Assembly: GCA_022825745.1 (NCBI GenBank)
Contig: JAJDWF010000113.1
Span: 26,400 to 90,399 of the forward strand
Reading direction: 5' to 3'
Length of the DNA stretch: 64,000 bases
Source: Dehalococcoidia bacterium
GTDB lineage: Bacteria > Chloroflexota > Dehalococcoidia > Lucifugimonadales > UBA3495
Part shown: positions 16,318 through 24,472 of the stretch, one piece after another
How positions within the stretch are numbered: the stretch's first letter is position 1
Layout: each line of letters begins with the position of its first letter
Made by a program: the position numbers and the translations under genes
The notes under the pieces: model-generated
What the model was told of the DNA's origin: nothing
Databases searched by the model: none
What the model saw: only the letters and a program-made list of their open reading frames with translations

Positions 16318-17027
16318 GAGGGTTTGGTCACTCCTATCCGTTCAATCATTTGCTGCAAAGTGTCCAGAAATGCTGGCGTGTAGTCGTCTTCGACATAGTT
16401 ATTATTCCACAGGCCGGACAGCCTGACCCGTTCCCGATCGCTGTGATGGCCCAGCCATCCTGGCGATGGCGGGTCAATCGGCTCGCGCCCGTAGTTACTG
16501 AGCAGCGCGATGGCATTGCGCTCTATGTAGCCGCGCAAACTATCTGGCCCCGGCTCGTCGTCCACGCACAGCCATAGGAATGGCATATCGCCAATAACAG
16601 CGCAGACCTGCCTCTCCATCGGCTGCTCGCTTTCCCTAACCTCTTTTGGAGCGTTACTGCCTTTCCCCCAACGGGGGAAAACCCGACTATTCCGTTCGAT
16701 GAGAGATTGCCCGACAATCAGTCGGAATATAGACCCACGATGATTGCCGCCGTTGCCATTGGCATTGCCACGATGCTGCGAAAGCCGGTTCCAAAGCGTG
16801 GCTTTAGCACTGGGTTTAAGCGCGTGGGTTCCCACCCGCACGATTCGGGGGCCGGTTACGGTGTCGGTACGGATTTCTCCTGCCTCCCGAAAGAAATAGA
16901 CACCCCTTTGCGGCCAGTCCATGCCCCCGTGGCACTCCGATAGCCGGCGCGCACCGCCTATGTTGCGTTCCAGTTGAGCCAGCAGTTCGTAGAACCGGGC
17001 TAGGTGGTATGCGCGCCGGCTGTTCAC
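16311..17027 (-). CDS. GIY-YIG nuclease family protein
   Basis: RGVYFFRE (GIY), IVRVGTH (YIG), HRGSIFR (catalytic Arg region), YIERNAIALLS (Glu/Asn). Lower GC than the flanks. Confidence 0.75.
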   Translation of the reverse strand: MNSRRAYHLARFYELLAQLERNIGGARRLSECHGGMDWPQRGVYFFREAGEIRTDTVTGPRIVRVGTHALKPSAKATLWNRLSQHRGNANGNGGNHRGSIFRLIVGQSLIERNSRVFPRWGKGSNAPKEVRESEQPMERQVCAVIGDMPFLWLCVDDEPGPDSLRGYIERNAIALLSNYGREPIDPPSPGWLGHHSDRERVRLSGLWNNNYVEDDYTPAFLDTLQQMIERIGVTKPSC

Positions 17028-17036
17028 AGCAGCCGA

Positions 17037-17654
17037 TCAGTGCATCGGCGAGAAGCTGGCCGGGATCATGATCTTGTTTTCCTGCTTCACCCGGCCCGGG
17101 GCGCCCGACGGCCACTGCGGAATCTTGCTGGCGGCGGCGCGGACCTCGGCGCGGTGGTTCAGGTCCTGGTAGGGCCAGACGTGCATCCACTTGTTCAGGT
17201 CGCCGAACTCGGTGAACATGCCGGCGGCCAGCGGGGAGAACTCCTCCCGGTAGGGCAAGGACTCTTCCCAGCGGCGCAGCAGTTCCGGCATCGCACCGTT
17301 CTCGTAGGTATAGACGCGCATTTCGTAGATGTTGCCCAGGGCCTGGTCGCCGCCCATGGGCCGCATGAAGGACGCAGGGTTCCAGATCTCCGAGTTCATG
17401 TTGAGGATGTTGCCGGGAGTGATCTTGGGCGGCCAGTTGGGGTCCTTGCCGGCCTCGGCGCGGATGCGGTTGCGCTCCTCCATGTCCTCGTAGCCCCAGA
17501 CGTGAATGATCTGGTTCAGCGGGCCGATCTCGGTGTGCCAGAAAGCGGCGATGGGCGAGTACTTCTCGCGGTGCGGCAGCGCCTCGGCAAAGGCTTCCTC
17601 GGCCTGGGGCACGGCGCCGGGTTTGAGGTCGTAGGTGCGGACTTCGTAAATCAT
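17037..17654 (-). CDS. NIPSNAP family protein (tandem domains)
   Basis: MIYEVRTYDLKPG..IIHVWGYEDMEERNRIR, then repeated as YEMRVYTYENG..MHVWPYQDLNHRAEVR. Confidence 0.8.
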   Translation of the reverse strand: MIYEVRTYDLKPGAVPQAEEAFAEALPHREKYSPIAAFWHTEIGPLNQIIHVWGYEDMEERNRIRAEAGKDPNWPPKITPGNILNMNSEIWNPASFMRPMGGDQALGNIYEMRVYTYENGAMPELLRRWEESLPYREEFSPLAAGMFTEFGDLNKWMHVWPYQDLNHRAEVRAAASKIPQWPSGAPGRVKQENKIMIPASFSPMH

Positions 17655-17750
17655 GGTTCACTCCTGAAAATGCGTGACGTCGGCTGGATGTTTATCCGGT
17701 AGGACGACGCCAGTGTAGCAACGGCTCAAGGCGGGGGCAACCGGCGGCGC

Positions 17751-17759
17751 TGGTATAAT
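17751..17759 (+). promoter_or_regulatory. Extended -10 promoter TGgTATAAT
   Basis: 47 nt upstream of ATG 17806 of the PaREP1-like pair. Confidence 0.45.
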
Positions 17760-17805
17760 GCGCGGCAGGCGAAGCACACGATCATGGAGATTCGCGAGGG
17801 ATAAG

Positions 17806-18177
17806 ATGAGCGCGCCGAAAATGGAAATGACACCCTTGGAATACGTGGACGCCTCCAAGCGTGAGCAGGCGGCCGGCAATCATATCAAGGCCGCGGCGCT
17901 GATGTGGCAGGCGACCCAGGCCACCTTCGCCGCGCTCGCTGACGCGCACGGCGTGGAGCTCAAGAGCCTGGACGAAGACGATCTGATTATGCTGGCCAGA
18001 GCGTTGGAAGCGGACGGCTCTGTGCCCAAGTGGCGCTACAGAGGGGGCCTTTCTCCGGGTTCTCTGCTAAAAGACCACGCTGAAATGGAAGTGTTGGAGA
18101 GTTATCAACTGGACTTGGCTTACGAAACCGCTGAGCAGTTCATCCGGGGGTGCTTTGACAACCGATCATCCCCCTGA
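17806..18177 (+). CDS. PaREP1-like helical protein, type A (cassette 1, first gene)
   Basis: ..YVDASKREQAAGNHIKAAALMWQATQATFAALADAHG.. aligns with 57142..57546 (..YLDAAAADYVAGDLKGSSANMWKASELAATAVAKSRG..). Confidence 0.65.
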   Translation: MSAPKMEMTPLEYVDASKREQAAGNHIKAAALMWQATQATFAALADAHGVELKSLDEDDLIMLARALEADGSVPKWRYRGGLSPGSLLKDHAEMEVLESYQLDLAYETAEQFIRGCFDNRSSP

Positions 18178-18556
18178 ACAGTACCGGCAAAGAGCCGTCC
18201 GCCATGAAGCCCGAGCGCGCAACTATCGCCGTCAGGCCGATTTACTATTGGAACGGGATAATGACACCGACTGCGCCGGCGCGCTCCTGTATGAAGCGGC
18301 CAAGCAGTGCATCAATGCAGTTGCCAACCAACGTGGGGAAAATCCCGGCACAACCGGCGGCAAGGTCAATGTACTACGAGAAGTTGCAGCAGAGGTTCCG
18401 AACGGGCCGGCCTTGATGCAAGGTTGGCAACGTGCCGACAAACTCCATATCTACGCCGACCGTGGTCACCTTGACGCCGACGAATATGATGAAGCATGGC
18501 AACAGGCCCAAGCCTTCATCACCGCCATGCTCACCATATATTCTCGCAACGCCTGA
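18155..18556 (+). CDS. PaREP1-like HEPN protein, type B (cassette 1, second gene)
   Basis: TTG start overlaps the upstream gene by 23 nt. ALLYEAAKQCINAVANQRG..WQRADKLHIYADRGHL aligns with 56771..57145 (MLWGAAIHSVNAVAMQRG..AARHRLHPNFDKGFL). Confidence 0.6.
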   Translation: MTTDHPPEQYRQRAVRHEARARNYRRQADLLLERDNDTDCAGALLYEAAKQCINAVANQRGENPGTTGGKVNVLREVAAEVPNGPALMQGWQRADKLHIYADRGHLDADEYDEAWQQAQAFITAMLTIYSRNA

Positions 18557-18570
18557 AAGGGAGGAAACCA

Positions 18571-18972
18571 ATGGAATACCGCATCAACCACGTTCACATC
18601 CGCGCCGCCGACCCCCACGCCACGGCGGCCTGGTACGAAAAGCACTTCAACGCCCGCATCGTATCCGAGCGCACGGTGATGCCCAACACCATCACCATCG
18701 GCATGGAGATGGGCGGGCAATGCCGGCTCAACGTATCGTCCAAGCCGCCGGGGTCGTCCGACGAGCGGGCCGTCGCCGAGCTGAACCGGCTGGGCCTGGA
18801 GCACTTCGGCTTCGACGTCGAGGACCTTGAGGCGGAGATGGAGCGGCTCACGGCGGCCGGCATCCGCACGGTGCTGCCCATCACCGACACGCCCACCGGA
18901 TCCCGGCTGTCCTACATCGAGGGCCCGGACGACGTGCTGATCGAACTGGTGCAGCCGGCGCCGGCGGCGTAA
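18571..18972 (+). CDS. VOC/glyoxalase family protein
   Basis: SD GGGAGGA precedes the start. MEYRINHVHIRAADPHATAAWYEKHF..LEHFGFDVEDLEAE. Confidence 0.8.
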   Translation: MEYRINHVHIRAADPHATAAWYEKHFNARIVSERTVMPNTITIGMEMGGQCRLNVSSKPPGSSDERAVAELNRLGLEHFGFDVEDLEAEMERLTAAGIRTVLPITDTPTGSRLSYIEGPDDVLIELVQPAPAA

Positions 18973-18989
18973 CACAAAGGAGCAGCAAC

Positions 18990-20390
18990 ATGGCGGATAT
19001 GCCTCTGCACTACCAGACCATTACCGAGGTGGCGGGCCGGCTGGCGTCGCGCGAGATTTCGCCGGTGGAGTTGACCCGGGCCATCCTGGACCGCATCGCC
19101 GCGCTGGACGGCGAGTTGAAAAGCTACGCCACCGTGATGGCTGAGCCGGCCATGGCGTCCGCGCGGTCCGCCGAATCCGAGATCGCCGCCGGACGCTACC
19201 GGGGCGGGCTGCACGGCGTGCCCATCGCCGTCAAGGATCTGTGTTTCACCACCGGCGTGGCGACCATGGGGGGCGCAAAGGTCCTGCGCGATTTCGTGCC
19301 CGACTTCGACGGAACGGTGGTGCGGAGGCTGAACGACGCCGGCGCTATCATCCTGGGCAAGCTGAACCTCACCGAAGGCGCGATGGCCGGATACAATCCC
19401 GAGTTCGACATACCCATCAACCCGTGGGGCGCCGACCGCTGGGCCGGCGCGTCGTCCAGCGGTTCCGGCGTAGCCACGGCGGCCGGCCTGTGCTACGGCT
19501 CGCTGGGCAGCGACACCGGCGGGTCGATCCGCTTCCCGGCGGCGGCGTGCGGCACGGCGGGCATCAAGCCGACGTGGGGCCGGGTCAGTCGCTACGGCGT
19601 GCTGGCGCTGGGCGAGTCGCTGGACCACGTGGGGCCCATGACCCGCAGCGCGGCCGACGCCGGCATCATGTTGCAGGCATTGGCCGGCCATGACCCCAAC
19701 GACCCGACGTCGCTGCGCGCGCCCGTGCCCGACATGCTGGCCGGCTTGGGCCAGGGCGTCGCCGGCGTCCGCATCGGCGTGGATGAGGAGTACATCGGCG
19801 GGGGCGACGTTGACGCGGAAGTTGCCGAGGCGGTGCTGGCCGGTGCGCGCCTGCTGGAAAGCCTGGGCGCAACGCTGGTTCCCGTCCAAATGCCGGACAC
19901 GCTGCCGTACTCCCGCGCCTGGGGCGTCTTATGCTCGGCGGAAGCCGCCACCGCCCACCGTGAAACCTTCCCGTCCCGCGCCGACGACTACGGCCCCTGG
20001 TTCCGCGGCTGGCTCGAAAAGGGGCGCGGCTACACGGCGGTTGACTACGCCGCCGCCAACCTGGTGCGCCTGGAGTGCAACGGCGTGCTGGCCGGCGTGT
20101 TTCAGGACATCGACGTGCTGGTGTGCCCGTCCATGACCGGGGTGGCGCATCGGGTGTCGCCGGAGGAACTCTACGGACCCATGGGCGAGGACGAATGGAC
20201 GTGGGGCCGGTTCACCATCCCCTACGACTTCAACGGCGCGCCCACGATCTCGCTGCCGTCCGGCCTGAACGGCGAGGGCCTGCCCCTCAGCATCCAGTTT
20301 ATCGGCAAGCACCTCGCCGAGCCGCTGTTGGTGCAGGTCGGCGACGCCTACGAGCGGGCAACGCAGCACAACCTGCGCCCGGGGATTTAG
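18990..20390 (+). CDS. Amidase (amidase-signature family)
   Basis: 466 aa. GGSSSGSG-type signature (GASSSGSGVATAAGL..GSDTGGSIRFPAA). Confidence 0.85.
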   Translation: MADMPLHYQTITEVAGRLASREISPVELTRAILDRIAALDGELKSYATVMAEPAMASARSAESEIAAGRYRGGLHGVPIAVKDLCFTTGVATMGGAKVLRDFVPDFDGTVVRRLNDAGAIILGKLNLTEGAMAGYNPEFDIPINPWGADRWAGASSSGSGVATAAGLCYGSLGSDTGGSIRFPAAACGTAGIKPTWGRVSRYGVLALGESLDHVGPMTRSAADAGIMLQALAGHDPNDPTSLRAPVPDMLAGLGQGVAGVRIGVDEEYIGGGDVDAEVAEAVLAGARLLESLGATLVPVQMPDTLPYSRAWGVLCSAEAATAHRETFPSRADDYGPWFRGWLEKGRGYTAVDYAAANLVRLECNGVLAGVFQDIDVLVCPSMTGVAHRVSPEELYGPMGEDEWTWGRFTIPYDFNGAPTISLPSGLNGEGLPLSIQFIGKHLAEPLLVQVGDAYERATQHNLRPGI

Positions 20391-20402
20391 GTTAGGGAAA
20401 GA

Positions 20403-20699
20403 CTAACCGCCACCGTCCGGCAGGGTGAACACGGTATTGCCATCGACATCATGCCGATGATTCGCCAGGGCAACTACGATCTCGTTGGTTCGTCGAACGT
20501 CGGCCGATAGTTGCCGGACTTCGGCCGCCAGTTGGCGAACGTCAGCCGATAGCTGACTGACCTCCGTTGCTATTCGGCTGAGTTCGGCGGCCTGCGTTTC
20601 CACACGCTGGAACAACTTACCCAGCGCAAAAGCGCCGCCCAGCAGAAAAAGCGTCACCGTAACGGCGGCGCCAATCAGCGCGTAGGTTTGTGGTTCCAT
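20403..20699 (-). CDS. Membrane-anchored coiled-coil protein
   Basis: N-terminal TM YALIGAAVTVTLFLLGGAFAL, then heptad repeats QLSADVRQLAAEVRQLSADVRR. Confidence 0.5.
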   Translation of the reverse strand: MEPQTYALIGAAVTVTLFLLGGAFALGKLFQRVETQAAELSRIATEVSQLSADVRQLAAEVRQLSADVRRTNEIVVALANHRHDVDGNTVFTLPDGGG

Positions 20700-20738
20700 T
20701 GCTACCTTCCAGCGTAGGCCCGTATTCTAGCACGGACG

Positions 20739-20798
20739 CTACGACCCCACTATCCGGTCGGCCACGCGCTCGCCAACCACGATCACGTCGTACTTCAT
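20739..20798 (-). pseudogene. Possible relic of the 5' end of an FAD-binding oxidoreductase gene
   Basis: GAGGAAGG SD, then ATG AAG TAC GAC GTG ATC GTG GTT GGC.. (MKYDVIVVGERVADRIVGS*). Dinucleotide-binding-like start, truncated after 19 codons. Confidence 0.25.
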
Positions 20799-20889
20799 TG
20801 CGCCTTCCTCGCTTGCGATATTCGGTTCCCGATTCTACACTATGCCAACCGTAGTTCCGGCGCACAGCCGTCGTTTCCGTCTGCCAACC

Positions 20890-20914
20890 GTCATTCCCCC
20901 GAGAGCGGGAATCG
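20890..20914 (+). repeat. REP-like hairpin (copy 2)
   Basis: GTCATTCCCCCGAGAGCGGGAATCG, in the intergenic region upstream of the DinB gene. Confidence 0.7.
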
Positions 20915-20955
20915 CAACGGCCTGGCCCGGCGCTTGATGGGGAGTTTCAAACACC

Positions 20956-21471
20956 ATGCTGACCGACCCGCAGGAGTTCCTGCGCTTCTTCGATTCCATA
21001 CACCGCCGCACCCTGCGCGACATCCAGGCGTTGCCGCCGGAGGCGCAGAACTGGACGCCGCCGGTGGGCGAGGGCGAGAAGTCGTGGAGCATCAACCAGA
21101 TCGTGCACCACATCTGCGAGTCGCGGATGTACTTCTCCCGGGCCTACCGCAACGAGGGCTGGCTGTACGACTGGGAGGTCCCCAGCACCGAGCGGCAGTC
21201 GGAGTGGATACCCGCGCTCAACGAGTCCCACGCCGAGTTTCACCGCCGTCTGGACGGCACGCCGGCGGAGTGGCTCAACCGGCGCATCAAGATGATCGAC
21301 ACCGACGGCACGCTGAGCGGGTGGCGCATCCTGATGATGCTGATCGAGCACGAGGTACACCACCGCTCGCAGATCGACACCTACTCCGGCCTCAACGGCT
21401 GGGACGTGCCGCAGATCTACGGCCGCACCCGCGAGCAAATCGACGAGTTGCAGGAATCGCAGCGGGGTTAA
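20956..21471 (+). CDS. DinB-family protein
   Basis: 171 aa with His triad spacing (IVHHICESR .. IEHEVHHRSQI). Confidence 0.75.
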   Translation: MLTDPQEFLRFFDSIHRRTLRDIQALPPEAQNWTPPVGEGEKSWSINQIVHHICESRMYFSRAYRNEGWLYDWEVPSTERQSEWIPALNESHAEFHRRLDGTPAEWLNRRIKMIDTDGTLSGWRILMMLIEHEVHHRSQIDTYSGLNGWDVPQIYGRTREQIDELQESQRG

Positions 21472-21478
21472 TCGGCCG

Positions 21479-21997
21479 CTACGGGTTGATGACGCTGCTG
21501 CGGTTCTGCACGATAAACGTCTCGCGGCGCTCCAGGTAGTCCGATACCAGGTTCACCAGCGCCTGGGGTCGCTCGCCGGCGATGTCGTGGCCGGCGGCGT
21601 ACACGAAGGCGATGTTGCAGTTGGGGATACGCTCGCGGTAGATGCCGGCCGCCTCGGGCCGCACCGACCGGTCCTCCTGTCCGAACACCACCAGCGTGGG
21701 ACACTGCACGTCGGGCAGGCGCGCTTCCAGTTCCGCCGTATCGTCGCCGTCGGCAGGCCGGATGGCCGTAGGCGACACCAGCGCCAGCACATCGACGGCT
21801 TCGGGATTCGCCAGGGCGTGCTGCAACGCGGCGTTGGCGCCGTCGGATATTCCCACCAGCCCGTACCGTTCCGACCCAGCTGCCGCGATTGACTCCGCCA
21901 CCCGCCAGTGAGCGGAAAGCCCGTCCCGCAGCGCCCGGGATTGCCCGGCCGCGCCGTCGAGTATCACCACCGTGCCGGTGGATTCTGCCGTCGCCAC
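21479..21997 (-). CDS. Small alpha/beta-hydrolase fold protein (no lid)
   Basis: 172 aa. GISDG nucleophile elbow, GQEDRSV, AAGHDI. Confidence 0.6.
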   Translation of the reverse strand: MATAESTGTVVILDGAAGQSRALRDGLSAHWRVAESIAAAGSERYGLVGISDGANAALQHALANPEAVDVLALVSPTAIRPADGDDTAELEARLPDVQCPTLVVFGQEDRSVRPEAAGIYRERIPNCNIAFVYAAGHDIAGERPQALVNLVSDYLERRETFIVQNRSSVINP

Positions 21998-22000
21998 GGC

Positions 22001-23104
22001 TTACAGCTCCTTGAGGCGGGGCAGCACCTCGCGCCCGAACAGGTCGATCTCCTGCATCACGTCGGCGTGGGTCAGGCTGGGCTGCTGGAAGAACAGGTCG
22101 ATGACGCCCATGCCGCAGCGGTCGTGGTACGCCTTGATCTCGTTGAACACCTTGTCGGGGCCGCCGACGAATGTGAGGCCGGGCGCGCCGCCCACGATGT
22201 CGCCGCTGGCGCTGCCGGCGAACACGTTGTGGTAGTCCACCTCCTGGCCGGCCCGCGTGGCCTGGATCACTTGGGACACCGACGAGCGCAGCGCCATGCC
22301 GGGGGCGCGGCCGTGGTCAATCTGGCGGTCGAACCACTCCTGGGCCTGCGCGTCGGTTTCGGCCAGGTAGATGCTGCCGCGAAACACCATCTGGTCGGGC
22401 CGGGGCTGCCAGCCGTTTTCACCGCACCAGGCGTGGTACTTGTCGGTGATGCTGCCGGTTTCGTCCACGGGTATGAAGGACACTCCCAGGCCGAGTTGAT
22501 GCTCGGCGGCGTAGCGCACGGCGTCGTCGCTGCGGGTAGCCACCAGCGCGGCCGGGAAAGGCTGCTGCACCGGGCGCGGCCACACCGCCACCGTGCGGTA
22601 CTGGTAATACTGTCCCTCCCACGAGAACGGTTCCGGCTCGGTCATGGCCTTGAGGATCAGGTCCATGCCCTCCAGCATCCGGCCCCGGCCTTCGGCGGGA
22701 TTGACGCCGTACACCTGGTCCTCGTTGGGGGTGCCGCGCAGGAAGCCCATCACCAGCCGGCCGTTGGTGAGGTTGTCCAGCAGGGTCAACTCCTCGGCGG
22801 CGCGGACCGGATTGTTCAGCGGCATCAGGGGGCCGAGCATGGCGATTTTGACCGTCTTGCAACGCTCGGCCACCGCCGCCGCCATCACCGCCGGAGTGCC
22901 CGTGGCGATGCGTCCGGAGTAGTGGTGCTCGGAGAAGCTGACCCACTCGAAGCCCATCTCCTCGGCGAACTCGCACTCCTCAATGCCGTCCTGGTAGCTC
23001 TGCACCGAGGTTGCGGGGTCGTTGTAACTGGGCGGCGTGGGCCAGGCCCGCGGAAACTCCCGCCGACGAGCGTACCCCATCGCCCCCAGATAGGATGCTT
23101 TCAT
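22001..23104 (-). CDS. LLM-class flavin-dependent oxidoreductase
   Basis: 367 aa luciferase-like pattern (FEWVSFSEHHYS.., LLDNLTNGRLVMGFLRG). Confidence 0.8.
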   Translation of the reverse strand: MKASYLGAMGYARRREFPRAWPTPPSYNDPATSVQSYQDGIEECEFAEEMGFEWVSFSEHHYSGRIATGTPAVMAAAVAERCKTVKIAMLGPLMPLNNPVRAAEELTLLDNLTNGRLVMGFLRGTPNEDQVYGVNPAEGRGRMLEGMDLILKAMTEPEPFSWEGQYYQYRTVAVWPRPVQQPFPAALVATRSDDAVRYAAEHQLGLGVSFIPVDETGSITDKYHAWCGENGWQPRPDQMVFRGSIYLAETDAQAQEWFDRQIDHGRAPGMALRSSVSQVIQATRAGQEVDYHNVFAGSASGDIVGGAPGLTFVGGPDKVFNEIKAYHDRCGMGVIDLFFQQPSLTHADVMQEIDLFGREVLPRLKEL

Positions 23105-23131
23105 GGTCTCGATGCTCCTGCTGACCTGCCG

Positions 23132-23383
23132 CTATCGTCCGAACAATTGTCGGCGCACTTCCGCCGTGGTAATTCCAAGATAATCAGCAACATACGATAG
23201 TATTGAGTTTAACGTGCCTACTCTCAATGCCTGATGTCGTGGAATAGCCACGCTATGCTCGTGTCCGCGGATGTTGGTTCGGAAAGTCATGTGGCTGCCG
23301 GTTTGACGGACGAATCGGTAGCCATAGTGTCGCCTGAGCAATCCGGCCAGGTCATCCCCTGATAGATCGCGCGGCAGCGTCAT
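23132..23383 (-). CDS. hicA: HicA-family toxin (second pair)
   Basis: LLRRHYGYRFVRQTGSHMTFRTN..HSVAIPRHQALRVGTLNSIL. 4-nt overlap with the upstream antitoxin gene. Confidence 0.75.
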   Translation of the reverse strand: MTLPRDLSGDDLAGLLRRHYGYRFVRQTGSHMTFRTNIRGHEHSVAIPRHQALRVGTLNSILSYVADYLGITTAEVRRQLFGR

Positions 23384-23601
23384 ACGGCGATCACTTCGTC
23401 TCTGACCAGGTGCAACCGGATTATTTTCGGAGCTGCTCCTTCGTCAAAATAACAGAGCACTGCATCTTTGACCATTGCCTTGAGGTCTGTCCAATCGTCC
23501 CCTTGCGTGAAAATGCCATACCCCAGTGCCCGGGCATCGTAACCGCCTTCGATAGCTTCGGTCACTTCAAAGATTATTTCGCTGGAAGGCATTGTGATCA
23601 C
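23380..23601 (-). CDS. hicB: HicB-like antitoxin (second pair)
   Basis: IIFEVTEAIEGGYDARALGYGIFTQGDDWTDLKAMVKDAVLCYFDEG..IIRLHL is the HicB_lk_antitox pattern. Confidence 0.7.
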   Translation of the reverse strand: MITMPSSEIIFEVTEAIEGGYDARALGYGIFTQGDDWTDLKAMVKDAVLCYFDEGAAPKIIRLHLVRDEVIAV

Positions 23602-23664
23602 TCCCTGATCGTGACAGTTGAGGCGATGGTAAGGGGGCCATCCGGCAGTGTCAACAAAGAGTTT

Positions 23665-23692
23665 GAGCGCCCTTCAAACGGGAAGGGCGCTC
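23665..23692 (-). terminator. Intrinsic-terminator-like hairpin downstream of the cupin gene
   Basis: GAGCGCCCTTC (23665-23675) pairs with GAAGGGCGCTC (23682-23692). 11-bp perfect stem with a 6-nt loop. On the minus strand it is followed by AAACTCTTTGTT. Confidence 0.6.
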
Positions 23693-23734
23693 TTGTGTCG
23701 CGTGTGGTTGCCAGCCGCAACCGCATGGTGGATA

Positions 23735-24307
23735 TTACCGGTCCATCACCACCATGGTGCCCTCATCGGGGTTGTACTGGTAGCGGGTGATGCGGTCCAG
23801 CTTCTGCGATTCCAGCCGCACCACCACCGCGCGGTCGCCGGTGACGTTCAGCGTGTTGTGGATCTCGCCGGGCAGGAAGAAAGCCACCTTGCCGTCCTTC
23901 TGGGTGAAGTCGCCGGTCTCCTGGAGCGTAATGGAATCCACGCCCTCGCCGGGATAGAACCAGCGCCACTTGGTCTGCTTGATGGCGCCGTCGTACACGC
24001 CGTACACCACCCAGGCGTTACCGTGGTCGTGGGGCAGGTTGTCCTGGTCGGGCCGCTGCACCGAGGCCATCAGCCAGAACCCGCCGCCGGGATGCCCGTA
24101 TTCCTCGTCCAGGTGCAGGTCGTAGCGTCCGTAGCCGCCCTCGTCGGGAAGTTCCAGCCGCTCCTCCAGCCAGCCGGGAGTCTTCAGCAGGAGCTCCATG
24201 CGCTCCGCCACGCCCGAAGCCTGGGCCAGCGGGTCCTCCGTGGAGTCGAAAATGCCGCGCACGTCGTCAAGAAATGCGTCCACCGAATAGGCCGTGGTCT
24301 GAGTCAT
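23735..24307 (-). CDS. Cupin-fold protein (cysteine-dioxygenase-like)
   Basis: 190 aa. PHDHGNAWVVYGVYDG .. GEIHNTLNV metal-binding cupin motifs. Confidence 0.65.
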   Translation of the reverse strand: MTQTTAYSVDAFLDDVRGIFDSTEDPLAQASGVAERMELLLKTPGWLEERLELPDEGGYGRYDLHLDEEYGHPGGGFWLMASVQRPDQDNLPHDHGNAWVVYGVYDGAIKQTKWRWFYPGEGVDSITLQETGDFTQKDGKVAFFLPGEIHNTLNVTGDRAVVVRLESQKLDRITRYQYNPDEGTMVVMDR

Positions 24308-24410
24308 GTTGAACCTCCAGGTAAGTCAATCTCCGATTTTGTTTATTGTGATGGGCAATAAGGGCCCGTGTCAACCGCCCGCCGCTTCCTCATGCGCCCC
24401 CATTTTCGGC

Positions 24411-24416
24411 TATAAT
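24411..24416 (+). promoter_or_regulatory. -10 hexamer TATAAT
   Basis: 57 nt upstream of ATG 24473. Confidence 0.3.
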
Positions 24417-24472
24417 CGCGCTCACAACGCTAATCCAATGGCTAGCAATCACCACCAAATCGGAGAACCCCC

